A stretch of DNA of 64,000 nucleotides, from IMG/VR virus record IMGVR_UViG_3300014204_000002, positions 79,526 through 143,525 of that record; one strand, given 5' to 3'. Positions 59,760-64,000 of this stretch are shown piece by piece. The notes under the pieces were generated by a model. It searched no databases. It was not told the origin of the DNA and worked only from the letters and a program-made list of their open reading frames with translations. The position numbers and the translations under genes were made by a program. Source of the DNA: a virus (Duplodnaviria; Caudoviricetes). The stretch's first letter is position 1. Every line of letters starts with the position of its first letter.

Positions 59760-59959
59760 TTTACCTTCGGGATAATTGCATCAATGATTTTATAGGTGTC
59801 AATGGTTGGTGTATGCGTCCGATCTAAGTACACCTTGTAAATTAACAATGCTGTCATTCCAAGAGTTATAGCGATTACAATACCTGTTGCAACATATGGA
59901 TCCATGAATTAGAGTGCAATTACCCAACATTTATATGATTTGACGCATGACATATAATC

Positions 59960-60847
59960 ATGGGAAAAGAGTTTCGCCCAATTTTAGCTGTAAATGCAGA
60001 AATTGATAAAATTGTCTATCCTGTGCTCGCATCATGTAAGATTGATGGTGTACGATGCTTGATCAAGGATGGAAAGCCACTTACGCGCACGTTAAAGGAA
60101 ATCCCAAACATTTGTGTGAGGAACGAATTGGTGCGATTATTCAGTGATACGCCGGGTCTCGTTGATGGCGAGTTAATCGTCGGTAAAACATTTCAGGAAA
60201 CTTCATCTGCGGTCATGTCATTCGAAGGCGAGCCAGATTTCAGGTATTGTGTCTTCGATTACGTTGAAAGTGATTTTGAAAAACCTTTTAAAGATCGTTT
60301 ACTCGACATGCATAAGTTACTTGAGCGAATTGGATCGCATCAGATTGTAGGTGTGTTGTCTGAACCAATTGAAAATTATACACAACTCCAAAAATGTGAG
60401 GAATTTTGGCTATCGGAGGGCTACGAGGGGCTGTGTTTTAGGTCATTCGATTCACGTTACAAATTTGGTCGCTCGACAGTTAAGGAAGGCATCCTGTTAA
60501 AACTCAAGCGATTTACTGATTCAGAAGCCACAGTGATTGGTTTTCAAGAACTCATGCATAATGAAAATGAGGCCAAAAAAGATGCATTGGGGCACACTGA
60601 TCGCGCGACATGTAAAGAAAACATGGTCGGCATGAATACACTTGGATCACTTCAAGTCAGGGATGTTGTATCAGGTGTCGAATTTTCACTCGGCACTGGA
60701 TTTAACGCCGAACAACGCAAGAGTATATGGGACAACCAATACACATACGTGGGCCAACTGGTTAAGTATAAGTATCAGGCTTCTGGAGTTAAGGATCTAC
60801 CACGCTTCCCGGTTTTCCTTGGCTTCAGGGATAAAGATGACTTGTAA
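59960..60847 (+). CDS. lig: ATP-dependent DNA ligase (minimal type)
   Basis: KIDGVR, DGEL, EGYEGL, LKLK, GTGF and PRFPVF. Confidence 0.92.
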   Translation: MGKEFRPILAVNAEIDKIVYPVLASCKIDGVRCLIKDGKPLTRTLKEIPNICVRNELVRLFSDTPGLVDGELIVGKTFQETSSAVMSFEGEPDFRYCVFDYVESDFEKPFKDRLLDMHKLLERIGSHQIVGVLSEPIENYTQLQKCEEFWLSEGYEGLCFRSFDSRYKFGRSTVKEGILLKLKRFTDSEATVIGFQELMHNENEAKKDALGHTDRATCKENMVGMNTLGSLQVRDVVSGVEFSLGTGFNAEQRKSIWDNQYTYVGQLVKYKYQASGVKDLPRFPVFLGFRDKDDL

Positions 60848-60901
60848 ATCACAACCTTCTTATGTCTGGACGATTAATGTATAGTATAGCACTGGTGAAA
60901 C

Positions 60902-62941
60902 ATGGAATTTGTAGAATTTAAAAGAATTCTTCAGAAGAATTTTGAAAAGAGAACATCTGGTATCAACCATTTATTCACAATGGATGTTGATCCTGATGAA
61001 TTGTGGAATGTATATCTTGATAGTTTCCCGAGTGGATCTAACGAGATATTGCGTGTCAGGAGAGAATTTGATTGTTCTGCCTGTAGAAGATTCGTTAAGC
61101 AGTTTGGCAATGTCGTAATTCTAAAAGATGGCAAACTTGAGACTATCTGGAACTTCAAAGTAGGCGATCCGACTTATCAGACTGTAATCGATGCATTGAC
61201 TGATTATATTAGGCGCCATGCATTTCAGGGAGTATACGTTACCAAAGAAGGCAAAATTGGCACAGACAAAAATTTGGAGCAGGATAAAGACAGCAAAGTT
61301 CATGAATGGCATCACCTTTACATTGAGTTACCGGACAGATTTGTCTACAGTGGTCGAGATACGCTCGATACGGTAAGAGGCAATTACAGGGCAATAAGAG
61401 ACGTGTTTTCCAGATCGCTCACCGAACTGTCATTGGATAGCGTAGATGTGGTATTGGAACTCATTAATTCTAATACGCTATACAAGGGCGAAGAGTGGAA
61501 AGGCGTTCTGCAGCAGTTCCGGCAGTATAAACTTGCATTTGATGCGGCAAAAAACAAGGATCTATTTACGTGGGAGAAATCGGTTGAAGCAGGCCCGGTA
61601 ATTGGAAAAATTCGAAATCACAGCATCGGGACACTGTTAATCGACATCACTGCCGACATGGATCTTGATGAGGCAGTCAGGCGATATGAGAAAGTTGTAG
61701 CCCCGACAAATTACAAGAGGCCAAAGGCGATCTTTACAAAGCAGATGCTTGAAGATGCGAGGAAGACCATTGAAGAACTTGGCTACATGGCATCATTAAG
61801 CAGGCGATTCGCTACCCTTGATGATATCACGGTCAACAACATACTGTTCAGCAATCGGGATGCAGCAAAACGCATTACTGGATCCAACGATATATTCGAT
61901 GCATTAGAGTCTACCATTGCTATTAACTCGAAGAAGTTCTCAAAAATCGAAGAGATATCGATATCTACCTTCATTCAGGATGTCTTGCCTACTTCACGAG
62001 AGATCGAGGTATTATTTGAGAACAGACTTGCGTCTAACATGGTGTCACTTATTGCACCTGCTAAATCTGATGCAAAGACGATGTTCAAGTGGGACAATGG
62101 GTTTTCATGGGCATATACCGGGAATATTACTGATTCCATGATGAAAGAAAACGTCAAGATGGCCGGTGGTAACGTAGACGGCGTATTACGATTCTCAATC
62201 CAATGGAATGATGGCTCGGCCCACGATAAAAATGATCTGGATGCACATTGTATAGAGCCGTCAGGAGATCACATAGATTTCAGGTTAAAAACTGGGCATA
62301 AAAGTTCAGGATCGCTCGATGTTGATATCATACAGCCGCGTAAAGGCATACCCGCAGTAGAGAATATCATCTACACTGATGAGAGCAGGATGCCGAAAGG
62401 GGTGTATCAGTTCTTTGTAAATCAATTTGCTAACAGAGGTGGTAAGGACGGGTTTACAGCAGAGATCGAGTTTTCAGGGCAAATACACTCGTTTAGTTAT
62501 CCCAGAGAGTTACGACAGCGTGAAAATGTTGCGGTTGCTAATGTGACTTTCGACGGGACAAACTTTACAATCGATGAAAAGATCCCATCACAGATGTCAG
62601 TAAGAGAAATTTGGGGCCTTAAAACGAATCAGTTTGTTCCGGTATCCGTGATAATGTACTCACCGAATTATTGGAATGAGCAGGATGGGATCGGACACCG
62701 CCATGTATTCTTCATGCTCAAAGATTGCATAAACGGAGAAGGTGTTTCAGGTTTCTACAATGAGTATCTAAAGCACGATCTAGAAAAGCACAAGCATGTT
62801 TTTGAAGCCCTTTCTTCCAAATCAGGGGTGGTAAATGTAGATAATCAGCTTTCAGGGATAGGTTGTAGTACAACTAAACGTGCGTCAGTGATCGTAAAGG
62901 TGAAGGGCGCAACAGAACGAATGATGAAAATTAATTTCTAA
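60902..62941 (+). CDS. Large hypothetical phage protein (C-terminal DLDxH/YfaP-like beta domain)
   Basis: 679 aa; CSACR, APTNYKRP and RFSIQWN...DLDAHC...LDVD. Confidence 0.7.
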   Translation: MEFVEFKRILQKNFEKRTSGINHLFTMDVDPDELWNVYLDSFPSGSNEILRVRREFDCSACRRFVKQFGNVVILKDGKLETIWNFKVGDPTYQTVIDALTDYIRRHAFQGVYVTKEGKIGTDKNLEQDKDSKVHEWHHLYIELPDRFVYSGRDTLDTVRGNYRAIRDVFSRSLTELSLDSVDVVLELINSNTLYKGEEWKGVLQQFRQYKLAFDAAKNKDLFTWEKSVEAGPVIGKIRNHSIGTLLIDITADMDLDEAVRRYEKVVAPTNYKRPKAIFTKQMLEDARKTIEELGYMASLSRRFATLDDITVNNILFSNRDAAKRITGSNDIFDALESTIAINSKKFSKIEEISISTFIQDVLPTSREIEVLFENRLASNMVSLIAPAKSDAKTMFKWDNGFSWAYTGNITDSMMKENVKMAGGNVDGVLRFSIQWNDGSAHDKNDLDAHCIEPSGDHIDFRLKTGHKSSGSLDVDIIQPRKGIPAVENIIYTDESRMPKGVYQFFVNQFANRGGKDGFTAEIEFSGQIHSFSYPRELRQRENVAVANVTFDGTNFTIDEKIPSQMSVREIWGLKTNQFVPVSVIMYSPNYWNEQDGIGHRHVFFMLKDCINGEGVSGFYNEYLKHDLEKHKHVFEALSSKSGVVNVDNQLSGIGCSTTKRASVIVKVKGATERMMKINF

Positions 62942-62961
62942 AATTTTTCAGGTGAAAACAA

Positions 62962-63333
62962 ATGTTTGAACAAGCAACAAGAAACAAGTACAGATTTCCG
63001 TCACATGTAGGGCTGATAGACATAGAAGATCTCTGGGATCTTTCACTTGAGCGGATTGACTCCGTTTACAAGAGTCTCAAATCTGAACTCAAGGAAGTCG
63101 AAGAGGAAAGTTTACTGAATAAAGTGTCTCCCGAAGACAATGAAACTCGCAAGAAACTTGAAATCGTAACATATATCTTCGGCGTCAAGCTCGCAGAGAA
63201 GGAATATCGACTGAAGGCCAAGGAAAAAGCAGAGCACAAGCAGCAATTACTCGCAATTCTCAAAGAGAAACAAACCGACGAGTATAAGGGCAAATCAGTC
63301 GAAGAACTCCAGCAGTTGATAGATCAACTCTAA
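62962..63333 (+). CDS. Hypothetical protein, partner of 60902
   Basis: MFEQATRNKYRF...EDLWDL; GGTG RBS. Confidence 0.65.
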   Translation: MFEQATRNKYRFPSHVGLIDIEDLWDLSLERIDSVYKSLKSELKEVEEESLLNKVSPEDNETRKKLEIVTYIFGVKLAEKEYRLKAKEKAEHKQQLLAILKEKQTDEYKGKSVEELQQLIDQL

Positions 63334-63824
63334 CCCTCTTTTTATGACTTATAGAAGAATGTTTCAATTTCTTATGGGATTGCATTTACACAAGTCTCGA
63401 TACAGGTGGTTTAGAGGTCATTATAAAGGAATAAAGGCATTTCGTAAATTATACTGTGCTTGTGGAAACACTGGTAAATATAGTGGATTTAGGTCATTGC
63501 GAAATTTTGATAAACCATTTAGATATCGAATTTGCTACTATCCATGGGATTAAAATGAATATGTTTGAAATAAGCATGTTTATGGTTCTTGGATCAGGAA
63601 TTATAATTATTTTATTTGCATATATTATGGAGAAATTATGGTTAATATCAGCAAAATAGTCGAGCGAATCATAAAGTGGTGCATTGGGTATCATCTCTGC
63701 TATTCACACTGTGAAACATGTTTGTACAGTGATAGATTAGGAAATCCAGCAACTAAATGCACCAAATTTAACATTTCAATAGATGCACGACACGGCTGTT
63801 GCTACCATGCTATGTGGAGTTTCT

Positions 63825-64000
63825 ATGAACGATCCGAAGTTTAAAGATAGGTTCTATGGGTGCATGTATGGGCTTGCAATTGGTGATGCCCTTGGTATGC
63901 CAGTTGAATTCATGGAAAGAGACACTTTTCCACTGGTGACAGATTACTTACCGAATATTCATTGGGATCTTGAAGCAGGATCATGGACTGATGATACTTC
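63825..64000 (+). CDS. ADP-ribosylglycohydrolase (DraG/ARH family), partial
   Basis: Hand-translated MNDPKFKDRFYGCMYGLAIGDALGMPVEF...GSWTDDT; runs off the window end. Confidence 0.88.
   Translation, partial: MNDPKFKDRFYGCMYGLAIGDALGMPVEFMERDTFPLVTDYLPNIHWDLEAGSWTDDT

Noticed and set aside
1-64000. Genome-wide stop-codon reassignment, DGR/retron, or canonical ORB-type origin
   Set aside because: Core genes are intact in the standard code; I saw no suppressor tRNA, reverse transcriptase, ORB box or cdc6 in the window.

Overview
This 64-kb window is part of a large head-tailed (Caudoviricetes-type) virus genome that almost certainly infects an archaeon, probably a methanogen. The archaeal evidence is BRE/TATA promoters, many leaderless genes, GGTGA/GGAG ribosome-binding sites and an HMf-type histone. 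1-13 kb (minus strand) is the virion module: TerS, TerL with two 137-aa mini-inteins, portal, protease/scaffold, decoration protein, HK97-like MCP, neck and tail genes. It is interrupted by an IS1341-like tnpB and a free-standing LAGLIDADG endonuclease. 13-22.5 kb carries an SPFH protein, RNase H, the histone and many small ORFs. 22.5-24.4 kb is non-coding and packed with separate periodic palindrome arrays, at a switch in strand skew. 24.4-43.9 kb holds small early-type genes, DUF932, a pentapeptide protein, an intein-derived free-standing endonuclease, a P-loop kinase and a class II CCA-adding enzyme. 44-64 kb holds RuvB, an HD/adenylyltransferase fusion plus NAMPT, a DNA methyltransferase, a nucleotidyltransferase, about 1.1 kb of densely structured RNA-like sequence followed by two tRNAs, vWA, DNA ligase and a partial ADP-ribosylglycohydrolase. 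The most unusual signals are non-coding: the multi-period palindrome arrays, four promoter-hairpin elements arranged as two inward-facing pairs at skew switches, and the large structured RNA with tRNA minihelix modules. All calls come from reading motifs and synteny by eye; no database searches or computations were run.
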